DNA from: the human T2T-CHM13v2.0 reference genome, Homo sapiens
Reading direction: 5' to 3' (one strand)
Assembly: GCF_009914755.1 (NCBI RefSeq)
Contig: NC_060931.1
DNA: 64,000 nucleotides
The translations under genes were made by a program, and so were the position numbers. Below, one piece after another: positions 27,870 to 41,220 of the stretch. The notes below the pieces were generated by a model. That model was not told the DNA's origin. It saw only the letters and a list, made by a program, of their open reading frames with translations, and ran no database searches. The first letter of the stretch is position 1; every line of letters begins with the position of its first letter.

Positions 27870-30460
27870 AACTCAAGAACAGCCATATATGTGATACAGA
27901 TAATCCACTTGTGATACATCTGGCTTATTCTAGGAATCCAAAGACATTTCTGGAAAATCAAAAAATGTAAGTTATCACACTAACAGATTAAAAGAGAAAA
28001 AATCTTATGATCATCCCATTAGATGCAGAAAATAAAATTGATAAAATTGAACACCCATTTGTAATGAAAACATGTAACACAGTAGAAATAACAGTTTTCT
28101 CAACCCTGTAAAATTATTCAGCAGTCATTAGTCTTACCTATAATAAAGTATTTAGAGTGTTCTGTTTAAAATCAAGATAAAGATAAATGTGCTTTTTCAC
28201 GTTTTATTAAAGTCCAAACTAGCCTAGTAATTCAAGAAAAGTAAATAATAGGAAAAGGAAAGAAACAGAAGGAAAATTTATTATAGTATCAGTATTTACC
28301 TAGAAAGAATAAAATAATTGACAAATTATTAGGAATTAGAAGAATTCAATACCATGGCTAGATATAAGTTTAATATTCAAAAATCAATTGCATTTCTATT
28401 CTTTGGCAACAAACAGAAAACATTTTTTAAAAATATGCCTTATGTATTAGGAAGAAAAATGCATAGAATCTGAATGAATCTAACAAAATACATATAGTAT
28501 TTGTATGAAAATTTATTTTAATAATTCTAAGACAAATAGAAAAATAAAACACATTTATGTGTATGAAGTTTCATGTAATGCAGTTCTCCCCAGCTGATGT
28601 TCAGATTCAAAGCAATTTCAGCAAGATTGTCTTGCAGGTCACTTTTCACTAAATGATGCTGGAATAGTCTATCTATATGAGAAAAACCATATGTTATACA
28701 CAAATATCAGTTCCAGGCCTAGCCGTTTTGAATGTTCCTAAGCTGGATGTCTCTTTGACATGTCTTTATAAATTTATAATGCTCCAGGCTTTTCTTGATT
28801 TTCCTCGTGCTAGCCTTGGAATCAGCCATTTTTTCCAAGGAGCCCTGGTTCCTTTTAGAGGAGAATGGTATTTGGAAACCAAGACCTGAGTGGTATGTGC
28901 ACTCATTACTACCAGTGTGTCCTTGTTTCTAGGCCCTTTCACTGCACGTATGTGCACACGTGTGTGTGTGTATGAAATCATGATTTCATAACTGTAGCTC
29001 CAATCCCAGCCCAATGCTATAGAAAGGCAGACTAGTTAGGTACCTCAGAACTCACAGAAAACCACAGGCTGCCATCTCCTGAAACTCCATCCAGTGGCAG
29101 AAGACACTCAGAAAGAGGGTCCGGGGAAATACTCTCCATGCTGTGGGTCTGGTATCTACTATTTCCTCCAGGGAGGCTGCCCATGCAGGTAGCAGCAGCG
29201 GGGATCTAACAGGTGCCCTGCCAGGACTAGGCAGCCCAGGAAAGAGCCCTCTGCTCTCTGCCGACCTCCTACCCCACAATCCTGGTGTCTCTCACCCTCC
29301 ACCTCATGGCAACAGGACATGGGAAGTACATTCTTCCTGCATCGGCAGCATGATTTGGGGCAGAGATGGACCACAAGGGCACCAGATGAATCAAGCTGAC
29401 CAGAATAGCACTAGCACTGCAAAGACTCTGAAAACTAAACTGTCATTGTAACTATAGCACACAGAAGTAGGCCAGGACTTGCATGATAAACCTAAAAACA
29501 AAGTGACTGTCTGCTGAAATAGAAATTTAAAATAGGATCCACAGTCTCTAACATAATATAAAAAATGTACTGGACACAATAGAAAAACCACTCATCATAG
29601 CAAGAATGGAGAAAATAACAACTTGAATGAGAAAAGACAATCAACAGATGTCAACACTGAGATGAATAGGATGTGGGGATTATTTGACAAGGGTTTTAAA
29701 GCAGTCATCATAAAAACACTTCAATGAGCAGTTTTAAATACTCTGGAAGCAAATGAAAAGGCTATAAAATGTCACCAAAGAATTGTCTTTTTTTTTTTAA
29801 AGAACAACTTGGTGATTACAGAACTGAAAAATACAATAACTGAAATTAAAATTCAGTAAATGGACTTGGTAGTGGAGTGAATATTACCGAGGAAGCAGTC
29901 AGTGCTCTTGAAGATAGAACAATAGAAATTTCCCAATCTAAATTGAGAGAAAATCATAGGAAAAAGGACAGAGCCTCCGGGACCTATGGTGTAGTATCAA
30001 AAGATCTAATATTTGTATCATCAAAATTTCAGAAGGAGTGGAAAAAGAGAGTGGGGCTGAATAGTATTTTAAGAAGTAATTGCTAAAAACATCCTAAATT
30101 TGGTGAAAGACACACCTGCAGAGTGAAGACCCTGAGCCATTCCCAAGTAAGACAAACCCAGAGAAATCCATGCCAAGATACATTATGAGTTAACTTTTAA
30201 AACTAAAAGAAAAAATCTTGAAAGCAGGTATGGAGAAATGACACATCACCTACAGGGCAAAACTGACTTAAATTGTAGCAGACTTCTCATGTGAAAGTAA
30301 GGAAGCCAGAAGGTTGTGGCAGAACATTTGTCAAGATGAATTACATATCCAGTGGATGTTTCCTTTAGGAATGAAGGGGAAATAGACATTCTCCAATCAA
30401 GGAAAATTAAGATAGTTTGTGGCTAGCAGAGAACCTTAAAGAATGGTTAACTGAAGTTCT
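27870..30460 (+). mobile_element. Ancient L1M fragments (ORF2 pieces, then 5'/ORF1 region)
   Basis: Degenerate L1 motifs; ORF 29877-30086 (ALEDRTIEISQS) resembles the L1 ORF1 coiled coil. Confidence 0.65.
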
Positions 30461-31108
30461 TTTGTCAGGTTTGTTGAAGACCAGATGGTTGTAGATATGT
30501 GGTTTTATTTCTGAATTCTCTATTCTGTTCCATTGGTCTATGTGCCTGTTTTTGTACCAGGAGCATGCTGTTTTGGTTATTGTAGCCTTGTAATATGGTT
30601 TGAAGTCAGGTAGCCTGAGGCCTCCAGCTTTGTTCTTTTTGCTCAGGATTGTCTTGGCTATATGAGCTCTTTTTTGATAGTGTGGAATCAACCCAAATGC
30701 CCATGAATGATAGACTGGATAAAGAAAATGTGGTACATATACACCATGGAATATTATGCAGTCATAAAAGAAATGAGATCATGTCCTTGGCAGGGACATG
30801 GATGGAGCTGGAAGCCATTATCCTCAGCAAACTAATGCAGGAACAGAAAACCAAACACTACATGCTCTCACTTATAAGTGGGAGCTGAACAGTGAGAACA
30901 GATGGACACAGGGAGGGGAACAACACACAATGGGGCTTGTCAGGGGAGGGTGTGGGGAGGGAGAGCATCAGGAAAAATAGCTAATGCATGCTGGGCTTAA
31001 TACCTAGGTAATGGGTTGATAGGTGCAGGAAACCACCATGACACACGTTTACCTATGTAACAAACATGCACATCCTGCACATGTACGCCTGAACTTAAAA
31101 TTTAAAAA
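30461..31108. mobile_element. L1PA insertion with 5' inversion (twin priming)
   Basis: 30461-~30677 is antisense ORF2 (ORF 30407-30691, [13 protein letters not shown]). ~30678-31108 is a sense ORF2 end, 3'UTR and A-rich tail. Confidence 0.85.
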
Positions 31109-33426
31109 CTTCTGAAAACAAAAAGGAAATGAAAGAAAGAATCCTAGAATATAGGGAAGAAATATAAAACAGCAAAACAGATACACAGAGGGGTTAATAT
31201 AGTAGACTATTCTTCTCATGAGTATTTCCCTTTGTGTACTTTTTTCACTTTATTTCGTTATTCTTTATTTAGATTTTTAAGTCAAGGATTTAATTCATTT
31301 ATTTTCACTCTTTCATTTTTATTGATAAAGCTTTTGAGGCCATGAATTTGCTTCTTATGCTTGCTTTAAATGTCTTCCTTAGTTTCCATATGGAAATGGT
31401 ATTTGCCTGCCATGCTTGCTGCCATCATTCTATTTTTCACCTTTCTGAATCTGTTTTTATTTGTCTTCCCTGTGTAGCATAAGTTGAGTCTGTCTTTGCT
31501 TTGTGAGATAATGTGAAAACCTTTGTTGTAAGTTTTATGTGTATTTGACTATATTTGCTTTGTTCCTGTATATGATTCTCTTTAAAACTTTTTGTATTTA
31601 AGAAGGTTACTATTATTTCCTCAATTATTGCATATTTGAAACCTTTTTTATAACATCTATACTTGAATGACAGATTGGCTAGATATAAAATCCTTGGTTC
31701 TCACTTTTTAAAGTTTCTTAAAAATGCGTCTACACCACTGCTTTGGTTTGTATGTTTCTTTTAACAAGTCTGATGCTAGCCAAATTCTTCTGTCCCTTAT
31801 AAATTATGTGACTTTTGTGCCTGGAGGCTCTGAGAAATTTTTCTTCATTTTTCATAGTTCTACTGAAAGATGTCTTGAGTTAGTTTACCATACCAGATTA
31901 ATTTTTTTCCAGTACCCCCTGGATCCTTTCCAAATCCCTATTCAGGTCTTCTTTTATTTCTGGAAAGTTTTCTTGGATTATAATTTAAACACTAGTTTTG
32001 ATTCATTGCTGTGGTGTTTTTTTTTTTCAGGCACTCCAGTTATAATTATGTGCCTTTCTTCCATTTCTACCACTTTCTCTGATACTTCTCACTTCTTTCT
32101 CTGGTAACATTTTCATTCTTCATCATTGTTTTAGTGCCTTTACTTCAATTCCTTCATTAACTTATTTGAATTTCTTTTCTTTTAATCATCTTGTGATTTC
32201 GTTTTTATTTTTGATAATATTCTCCTTTTCTTTCATTCCCTTTCTGTGTCTAATAAACTCTTTATTTCTTTCTGATTTTTTCCCCATTTCTGTTCTTGGT
32301 TTTTGAATTTCTTGTTTAAATTGCTTTTTTAATATTTCTGAATGCTCGTTTGAGGATATTTAATTCAACTTTTAATTCTGCATAATTTTCTTTTGCTTTG
32401 TGAGATTTTATCGTTCAGTGGTGTGGATTTCATTAGCTGAAATATTTGACTTTCATGTTTGTTATCTTCTTAAAGAAGCTTTGGATATTTATATAGGCAT
32501 TTTTTCATCTATTAATTATTTTGTGTTTTCTAGTCCAAGTGCAAACCTCTTCTGAAAATGTAGCATAGTGTGATTTTTTTTCAATGAATAACTTTTTTCT
32601 TTTTTTGTGCTTGATGGCAGTAGTGATGGATAGTCTTTTGGTTTGGGTTCTCATTTTTCCTGCTGGATACTTTTTCCTTCTTGCACTCCCCTTTTTATCC
32701 TCCTTTCTTTCCAGAAATGATGCCTTTCTAACATCAGTGTTTTTGTCTCTACTCACTGTTAGGCCCTGCTCTGTACTCCCATTTACCAATCTCCCAGGGC
32801 TCTTTTTACACATATGATAGACTTGTCTCTTTCTTGGGTTATTTTAGTTCCAATTTTGACCCCTGTCTTTCCTTTTCTTCTTTATCCTTTTATGGGTCTC
32901 CCCTCATTCTATGCAAAGGCATAGGTCAGGGACTTGAGGTATAACTCTATAGATTCGTTGCTTCCTTTTCGATTCATAGGTAATTTGAAGTTTGTGCTGT
33001 TACCTTTTATCCATATATGTGATTGTATTGTTCTACTTGTTGGTTGATATATGCAGAGATTTGAATTTAGGTTGCTTAACTTTCCCCAGGCTAACCAGAA
33101 GTACACAATTGTTCCCTTTTTAATCAAGGCTAGTCAAAAAATAAACAACAACAACAACAACAAAACAGAAGCCTCATTGCCAGTTCTAGTTCATATTCCT
33201 CTTTCTTAAAGGAAACCTTAAATTTTCACATTTCAAACTGTTATTTCTTGAAGATGGGCGCCTATATTTCCACAGGAGTGGTAGAAGAACTTTTAAGGTA
33301 GTGTTTTGAAAAATGGATTTTCAGCTGAGAAATAATATTTGGAAACAAACACATAAACACTCCCTTTTCTTAACAGAAATCAAAAGGAAGTAACCTTTTA
33401 AAACTTCCTTCAGATTAGGATATGTA

Positions 33427-33571
33427 TGAGCAGCCACTTTTCTGACGCACACAGGGTTTTCTCTTTGTTCAAATCCCCCCTCCCTCTGTCTCTGTACGGG
33501 GAGCTGTTTTCTTCTTCCTTCTTTCTTTCTTGCCTATTAACCTTTTCACTCCTTAAGACAAAAAAAAAAAA
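33427..33571 (+). mobile_element. Short polyadenylated retroposed insert, ERV LTR-like (LTR10/HERV-I-like by recall), flanked by TSD
   Basis: TSD agattaggatatgta (33412-33426) / agatttaggatatgta (33571-33586); A12 tail 33560-33571; body ends ...cttgcctattaaccttttcactccttaagac. The family assignment is less certain than the structure. Confidence 0.75.
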
Positions 33572-33796
33572 GATTTAGGATATGTAGAATTCTAGTGTTG
33601 CCATATATTTTATACCAGTGTCATCAGTTTTAATTCTTTGCTTTTAAACAAGATTTTCTAAAGGAACTTTTTTAAAAAACCTCACCATTTATACCTCACA
33701 TAATTAAAATTTTTCTATGTCATTTATAGATATAATTGAATACTTTAACTGGGTGATTTGTAGTTTTAAATACTGGACTTCTATTTTATTTTCTAA

Positions 33797-33877
33797 CTAA
33801 TTCAAGGTAGTGCCTGGTGGTGTGGAACAATCATTTTGAAATTTCTGACATCTAAAATCTTAGGCGTTTCAGACCAC
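33797..33877 (+). pseudogene. DPY19L2-like exon 13 (81 nt), acceptor destroyed
   Basis: LIQGSAWWCGTIILKFLTSKILGVSDH|gtaagt. It is preceded by ttttctaa (AA, not AG). Confidence 0.95.
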
Positions 33878-35005
33878 GTAAGTACTTTTAGTTAAAACAT
33901 AAAAGTTCTTATAAACATGTAGCTGAATGAAAACTTTGAAACCATCTATTCTTCTCTCATTTCACAGAGGTTAAGTGCCTTCTTTAAGGTCTCTAGACGA
34001 GTTATTGGCAGAGTCAATAATAAAGTCTTGCAGTTCAGTGATCATTGCAACCCACTAAAAAGAATATTCGTGAAGGCTGACTTGGACTTTTAGGAAAAAA
34101 AAAAACTTTGTTTTTTATTTTAACTAACTTTTAAAAAGTTTGTTAAGTAGTTGTTTATATTTCAGTTAAAATACAAATAATTAGTTGTTTACATCATAAA
34201 TTATCCATTTATTGCAGATGTTAACATATGGGAGGCTGTCCTCAGCTTTGAAAATACAGAGCTCTTAAAATCTCAGTATTGTTTTATTTATTTATAACTA
34301 TGGACTAAAATCAATGTATGATTTGATGTTTTAAGGCCTTTCTCGTTATATAAAAAGAGAAGGTTAAAAAATTTTGATCTTTTCATTTTCTAGGAAATAC
34401 ATGCAGAGCATTTATCTCTCATGTGGTATTTCTGTTTGTTAATGTCTTAAAGAGTAGCCCTCTTCAAGGCCTAAGTCCCTGCTTAACTAACTGGTTTAGG
34501 GAATAGAAAAGAATGCATGAATCTACTTTTTATTTCTAGCACTTTCTGTTTAGAAATAAGCCTACATGAGTATATCATACAATAATCAATGTTGAAATTT
34601 ACCTCATTTAATGCTATCCAATTAGGGCCCTGTTTGATGCTGAAATTATGTACTTTGACAAGGGGTTATAGTATTACTTCTCTAAAAGGTCAAATGCTAT
34701 CTCTATGCAATATAACATACAACGTGTTTATATTAAATAAAATTTCTAAATGTAAGCGTTTGCCGTTTATTGCTAGCTTTGCATGGTGGTTTATTAGTTT
34801 ATTTGTTGCTGCTGTTCTCTGGTATGTCTGACACATTTCCCCATTCTCCTTTCCTTTTTATTGTTTTTAACTTTATTATATATGTCTTATGATAAACTTT
34901 ATTTAGAGCTTCTAAGTTATTTATGTATCTGTTAAGTTTGTTCATGATTATGTTTCTTGCCTTACTTCACACTTACTTCACATTGACCCCCAGCTCTTTA
35001 CAAAT

Positions 35006-35298
35006 TATTATTTTTTTTTAAACACAGTCTCACTCTCTCACCCAGGCTGGAGTGCAGTGGCCAATCTCGGGTCACAGCAACCTCCACCTCCTGGGTTCAA
35101 TCAATTCTCATGCCTCAGCTTCCTGAGTAGCTGAGATTATAGGCACGTGCCACCACGCCTGGCTAATTTTTGTATTATTAGTAGAGATGGGATTCCAGCA
35201 TGTTGGCCAGCCTGGTCTCAAACTCCTGACCTCAAGTGATCCGCCTGCCTTGGCCTCCCAAAGTGCGGGGATTACAGGTGTGAACCACCATGTCTGCC
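35006..35298 (-). mobile_element. Alu (AluSx-like)
   Basis: Antisense dimeric Alu with short flanking repeat tacaaat. Confidence 0.95.
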
Positions 35299-36282
35299 CT
35301 ACAAATCTTAAAAAAAAAAAAATACAAACACACTTCATTGGTAGTCCTGAGTGACTTCCTTTATGTGACAGTTATGAGGAAGACCTGAAATTATAGTGGT
35401 TTGGTTAAATTACTGTTAGTCACCAGGCCTACTCTAAATTAGAAAAATAAATTGCAACTCTAAATTATCCTTGAGTACTGGTAGATTAGGAAAAATAATT
35501 GAATGAAAACCACTTATAATCATCAAACTTGTTATAAGATAATTTCTGTCCCTATAAAATAATTTGAATTAAGAGTTTACTTGCCAAATATTTTCCTTTT
35601 TCTGGCCTTCTGAGGATGCTGTGGAAAAATAATTGTCTCACCAAGAGCAGGTTGTAAATAATCAGTAGAAAAATAGAAGTTCTGCATTGGATTTGGTTGT
35701 TGGTATCTATTTTTAGCCTTGGAGATCAAATAGCTAAGTCAAAGATCAAAGTGGTATGTATAATTGTTGTAATTCTTATGAGGATCAGATCTCATATTCA
35801 GTGGTTTGAATATATGTCTGTAAAACATCAAGAAATACCCAAATATTGTAATCAGTCTGTGAGGCTTTGTGAAATTGACAATGCACAGAAAGCTTATGAC
35901 CTACAATGTATGTTGAAAGAGGTTAAGTAAAATAGTTTTTCATGATAAATTGTCTTATTATAAAATGTAATTAACTACATGGTGGTTTCTTCTCAGCAGA
36001 TATTGATTTTAGCTCACTCTTTATCATCTTCTCTTTATTTTTTTCTGACTTCTTTCTACTTTTCATTTTTCATGATATTTCTCTTAATTTTCAGTTATCT
36101 TGAGAAGTCAGCACGTCGTATATTTGGTTCACTGTAGTTTTTTGTTTTCTTAGAGGGATGTCTAAATACATTGGATTTATTTGCTCTATAAACTTTGTTA
36201 TTCTTACATCAATAAAGTATTACTGGCTATAGGCTATAATCATTTGTGTAATTTTAATTCATTTTACTTTATTTTCTCCCAA

Positions 36283-36384
36283 ATTTGCCTGAGTGATCTT
36301 ATAGCAGCCAGAATCTTAAGGTATACAGAATTTGATACTTTAATATACACCTGTGCTCCCAAATTTGACTTCATGGAAAAAGCG
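36283..36384 (+). pseudogene. DPY19L2-like exon 14 (102 nt), acceptor destroyed
   Basis: ICLSDLIAARILRYTEFDTLIYTCAPKFDFMEKA|gtatga. It is preceded by ttctcccaa (AA, not AG). Confidence 0.95.
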
Positions 36385-36898
36385 GTATGAATGTTTCTTT
36401 TTTCCTTCTCTACTACTATGAGTTTTTGCTCTAGTTTTTTTTTAATCTGAAACTCAAAATTTTTACTCAGAAATGGTCAACTTATTTTTTTTACTGTAAC
36501 TTGCTAATCCACCTTCCTCGTTTTTTTGTCTGTAAAATAAAAAAAAGATAGTCTCATATCTTACAGAGTTATTGATGATGGTTAAATGAGATAATCTGAG
36601 AAGAGTGTTTAACATACTATATGACCCGTAATAATTATTATTACCAGTCAACTACTTTTAATAATCTAGGCCACTTGGAAGTATGGGACCATTCAGGAAA
36701 AAGTCTAAATGCTTGTTTCTGTTTTTAAGAAATTCAGTTTTATTACAGTTAACACCCCAAATATTATAACATTTTTAACAAGGTGTTACCAAGAAAGGTA
36801 TGCTACTGATGAGTTTTAATGAACATATAAAAATTCATTTTTAATTATACAAATGCAAGGTATTATTCTTTTTAAAAAGTTCATGCTATAAAGCTTTA

Positions 36899-37209
<311 letters not shown>

Positions 37210-38138
37210 TTGGCCTCTTTGTAGAATCATGGAACACAAGATCAGGAAGGGCTCTTAGAGACCATGCCATATAGTTCTTTCATTTGCAGATAAAGAAAAA
37301 CTTAAGAGATTTGCCTAAAGCACACACAAGCCAAGATCAGGACATGGATTCTAATGGATTCTAGAACTCTCAATCCAGGGCTTTCCTCTATTTGTAGCTT
37401 AATTTTTTTCATGGAACATAACAAAGTTGCTACTGGATTGATTATTCCTTGTGTAATTATTATGAATTCTGAATTAGTGGTAAGTAATAGAATTTTACAT
37501 TCTTCTCTTATCCATCCAACCAATCATCCATTCATTCAAAAACTATTATTGACTATAGTTATCCATGAGGCAGTTTGCTATAGCACGGCAAAGAGGAAAA
37601 TGAACTGGTTTCTTGCTTTTAAGAAATGTATAATTTAGTTACATGGTAAATTACTCCTTATCATCACAATAACAGGTCATCAGAATTAGTTAGCCAATGT
37701 TATTTCTGTACTTATTCATAGTTTTAGTAATTAACTTTGGTTAGCTTTCTTTTTAGCTCTAGTTTCACTAATGAAAATAATGGAGCTGTGTAGTATAGAA
37801 AATTACAATGTAGGACCCAGGGATCGGTAAACACGCATTTTAAAACTTAGTATTATGTAAATAAAAAAAAGAAAAGAAAAACATAATAGATATAGCAATT
37901 CTAGTTTTATTAAAATAATAAATTTTTCATTAAATTTTTGGAATACTTTTTATAACTATTTTTATAATTTTAATTATTTCATTAAGGCATGGAAGACAAT
38001 AAATATATATTCTGCTGATGACAAATTTTACCTTTTACTTTTAAGGAATGTTATCATGGCACTTAGTTTGACATAGATGTTTACTAATTTAATGTAAAAA
38101 TCGTAAGTAACTATTTTGAATAATTTGGTGTATTTCAG

Positions 38139-38210
38139 ACTCCGCTGAGATACACAAAGACATTATTGCTTCCAGTTGTTATGGTGATTACATGTTTTAT
38201 CTTTAAAAAG
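38139..38210 (+). pseudogene. DPY19L2-like exon 15 (72 nt)
   Basis: atttcag|ACTCCG...AAG|gtattt; TPLRYTKTLLLPVVMVITCFIFKK. Confidence 0.95.
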
Positions 38211-39506
38211 GTATTTTTAAACAAATTATTATTTGTTTTTGGCATCAATATAAGGACTATAATCATGCAAATTGCTCAGAATTTCATGTTATTTTTAGGA
38301 GAAACTCTTTCTTTCTCTAAAAGTTTGTTTTTTATTTAGATCTTTCATTATCGATCTTTTTATAAAAAGCCATGATAAAAGGTATTCTTATTTTTTCTTT
38401 CAAAAGATATATACCAGTCACCAACTGTGTATCAAGGACTACATTAACATTGTAGGTACACCCAGACAAATAAAACGTAGCCACTCCTGTCTTGGAACTT
38501 ACAGTCCTGGATTATTGGGGGTGGGGGTGCAAACATGAAGCAGATAATCGCACAAATGTCTAAAGAATTAAAATTTTTATAGGTGCTATGAAAGAAAAGT
38601 CCAGTGACAACTACATTAGTATCTTTCAAATATAAAGCACAGTGAAGTCTTGATCTATTTTGAGTGGGCTTGCGTAGAAGAATTCTGTATAGCTAATTAA
38701 AAAATATTTTTCTACATGTTCACTGTTTTCATGACAGAAGAAAATAATATCTCAATAAAAGAAACAATCCTTAAAATACCACTGGCAGGTTTTGTTGGTC
38801 TGGGAGAGTTATTCTAAAAGCATGGTTAAAGACAGTGGGTTTATTTTTTTTTTTTTAGCAGTCTTGAGCTATCTTTATTTATATTATTTACAAGCTATCA
38901 AGTCTTAAGCCAGTATGTATTTATTGTATACTTTTAAGCAGATAACAATAACGCGATTTCCCTACCACCATACCAGTTGTGTTCTTGTTGAAAGTTTTCT
39001 GTATTTACAGTCAAATTGCATATCTTCTCTATGTAGTTTTAGTTGCCACACTTCTCACTCCTTTGTTTACACAGAGATGTGAGTAATTTAGGAGTGAGAA
39101 AGGCATCTCCCTCGACATCTCTGTGGTTTCACCCTTGATCCAGTTCCCTGCGGACCACGTGGAAAGGGTCAGGATAAAGGAAACCAGGAGGAATGAGTAA
39201 AATGTGAGCAGGTTTACCGCCCTGCATTCTTTCGGCCCATGCTGGCCTAGAATGAAGATTTTCTCTACTGGCCTGTTTCTTTTCCATCAAGGCAAAATGT
39301 CGAGTTATCCTTATAAGGCTCCACTTAGAGGGGCCAATGCATGAATTAACTATTCAGTGGAGAGTCAGCAATGTGAGAGAAACTGATAGCTAGATCCGCA
39401 ACTCCTATATTTTAAAAAATTAAGATCCAAGACTTATAAATACATTCCTAGTCTCCAAACACACCACAACCTGAACTATGCATGTGCACTAGCAGGGGCA
39501 TGTACG

Positions 39507-39799
39507 TACACACACACACACACACACACACATACACACACACACATCCCTGCAGCGAACCAAGTTTCATACACACACGCACACGCACACACACATACAA
39601 ACATCCTTGCAGCTAGCCAAGTTTCATACACACATACACAAATGTGCACACACACACTCATCCCTGCAGCCAGCCAAGTTTCATACACACACACACACAC
39701 ACACACATCCCTCTAGTCGGCCAAGTTTCATACACACACACACACAACTCTCTCTCTGTCTCTCTCCCTCTCTCATCCCTGCAGCCAGCCAAGTTTCAC
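39507..39799. repeat. Compound minisatellite: five ~27-bp cores separated by (CA)n/(CT)n tracts
   Basis: Core catccctgcagccagccaagtttcata (variants) starts at 39545, 39602, 39659, 39706 and 39774. Confidence 0.92.
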
Positions 39800-40089
39800 T
39801 CCTTCCTTGCTGCTTTCTTATAAACCCCTCAGTCTTTATTTGTCCTATTGTGGCTTATTTTTCACCCCAAGGATACTTCTGATGGTCATTTAGTTTTCAA
39901 TGATGTGAAGTCACTTCTCGGAAGGAGAAAAGGAAGGCATATATAGTATGATCGTCCTGTTACTGAGAACTCCCTTAAACATTAAAAAATACTTCTTTCT
40001 TTGGTGGAGTGTTTACATTAATGAATCAGAGCATTTTAAATATTGCAGTATTCCTTAGAAAAGTTTCATTGATTTGATTCTATTCACAG

Positions 40090-40136
40090 ACTGTTCGTGA
40101 TATTTCGTGTGTTTTAGCTACAAACACTTATCTAAG
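40090..40136 (+). pseudogene. DPY19L2-like exon 16 (47 nt)
   Basis: ttcacag|ACTGTT...CTAAG|gtaatt; TVRDISCVLATNTYL(R). Confidence 0.93.
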
Positions 40137-40425
40137 GTAATTATATCATCATTTTTAAAACATACTGTATTCAATTATTAAATAACTTACTGTAACATTA
40201 ATTTTTCAAATGAATATGCATTAAACTTTAGCATTATGATTAAGACAGGAGATATGAACCAAACAGATGTTTTCTTAAAAATATTATTCTTACAGATTTC
40301 TTATATGTATTTGGACTTGTTTTGGAGATATTTATATTTGTGAAATAACTCAAAGTTTAAATTGATAAATTATAATTTATCATTAGAATTTAAAGTCAGT
40401 AAGCTAAAGATTTATTTTTGGAATT

Positions 40426-40722
40426 CCCCCCCTCCCTCCCTTCCTTCCTGCCTTCCTTCCTTCTCTCTCTCTGTCTTGCCATGCCTTGCCTTTCTTTTCT
40501 CTTTTCTTTTCTTTTTTTCTTTCTTTTGACAGAGTCTTGCTCTGTCACCCAGGCTTGAGTGCAGTGGCATGATCTCTGCTCACTGCTGCCTGGACATCCT
40601 GGGCTCAAGCGATCATCTCATCTCAGCTCTGCCAAGCAGCTGGGACTACAGGTGTGCATCACCATGCCCAGCTAATTTTTGTATTTTTTTTGTAGAGAGG
40701 GGGTTTCACCATGTTGGTCAGG
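40426..40722 (-). mobile_element. Partial AluJ with a pyrimidine-rich simple-repeat tail
   Basis: (CCTT)/(CTTT)-rich tract then antisense Alu, truncated in the left arm. Confidence 0.88.
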
Positions 40723-41220
40723 CTTTTCTTTTTCTCTCTTTTTTATCTTTCAGAGGGAGTATAATTATTTGTGTTTCTGAATATTTATGAATTTTTTTCT
40801 AAACTTATTGTTAAAACTATTTATTGTATAACATTTTTGGATGGCTTTAGTAATGTCACTAGCATAAGCAGATGCCAGCAAAATGTATCATATCAGTCAC
40901 ACATAAGTAAATTGCTATAGGACCCAAGAAGTAAATTGTGATGAAAATTTCCTTCTGAGGGAAATATGATCTCAAATGACATGTTTTTTAGTGTTCAACT
41001 TTTATTTTAGATGCAGGGGGCACATGTACAAGCTTGTTACATGGGTATATTGTACCCAGGTAGTGAGCATAGTACCTAATAGTAGTTTTCAAGTTACATT
41101 TTATATTTGTAAGTAGAATATTTGATTTTATTTTGTGACTTCTACTTTATAGAATAGTTTTAGATTTATAGAAAAATTGTGAAGACAGTAGAGAGAATTT
41201 CCATGAACCCCATACTCCAT

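Noticed and set aside
39545-39799. CRISPR array
   Set aside because: Eukaryotic DNA, the spacers are simple (CA)n/(CT)n rather than unique sequences, the cores are diverged, and there are no cas genes.
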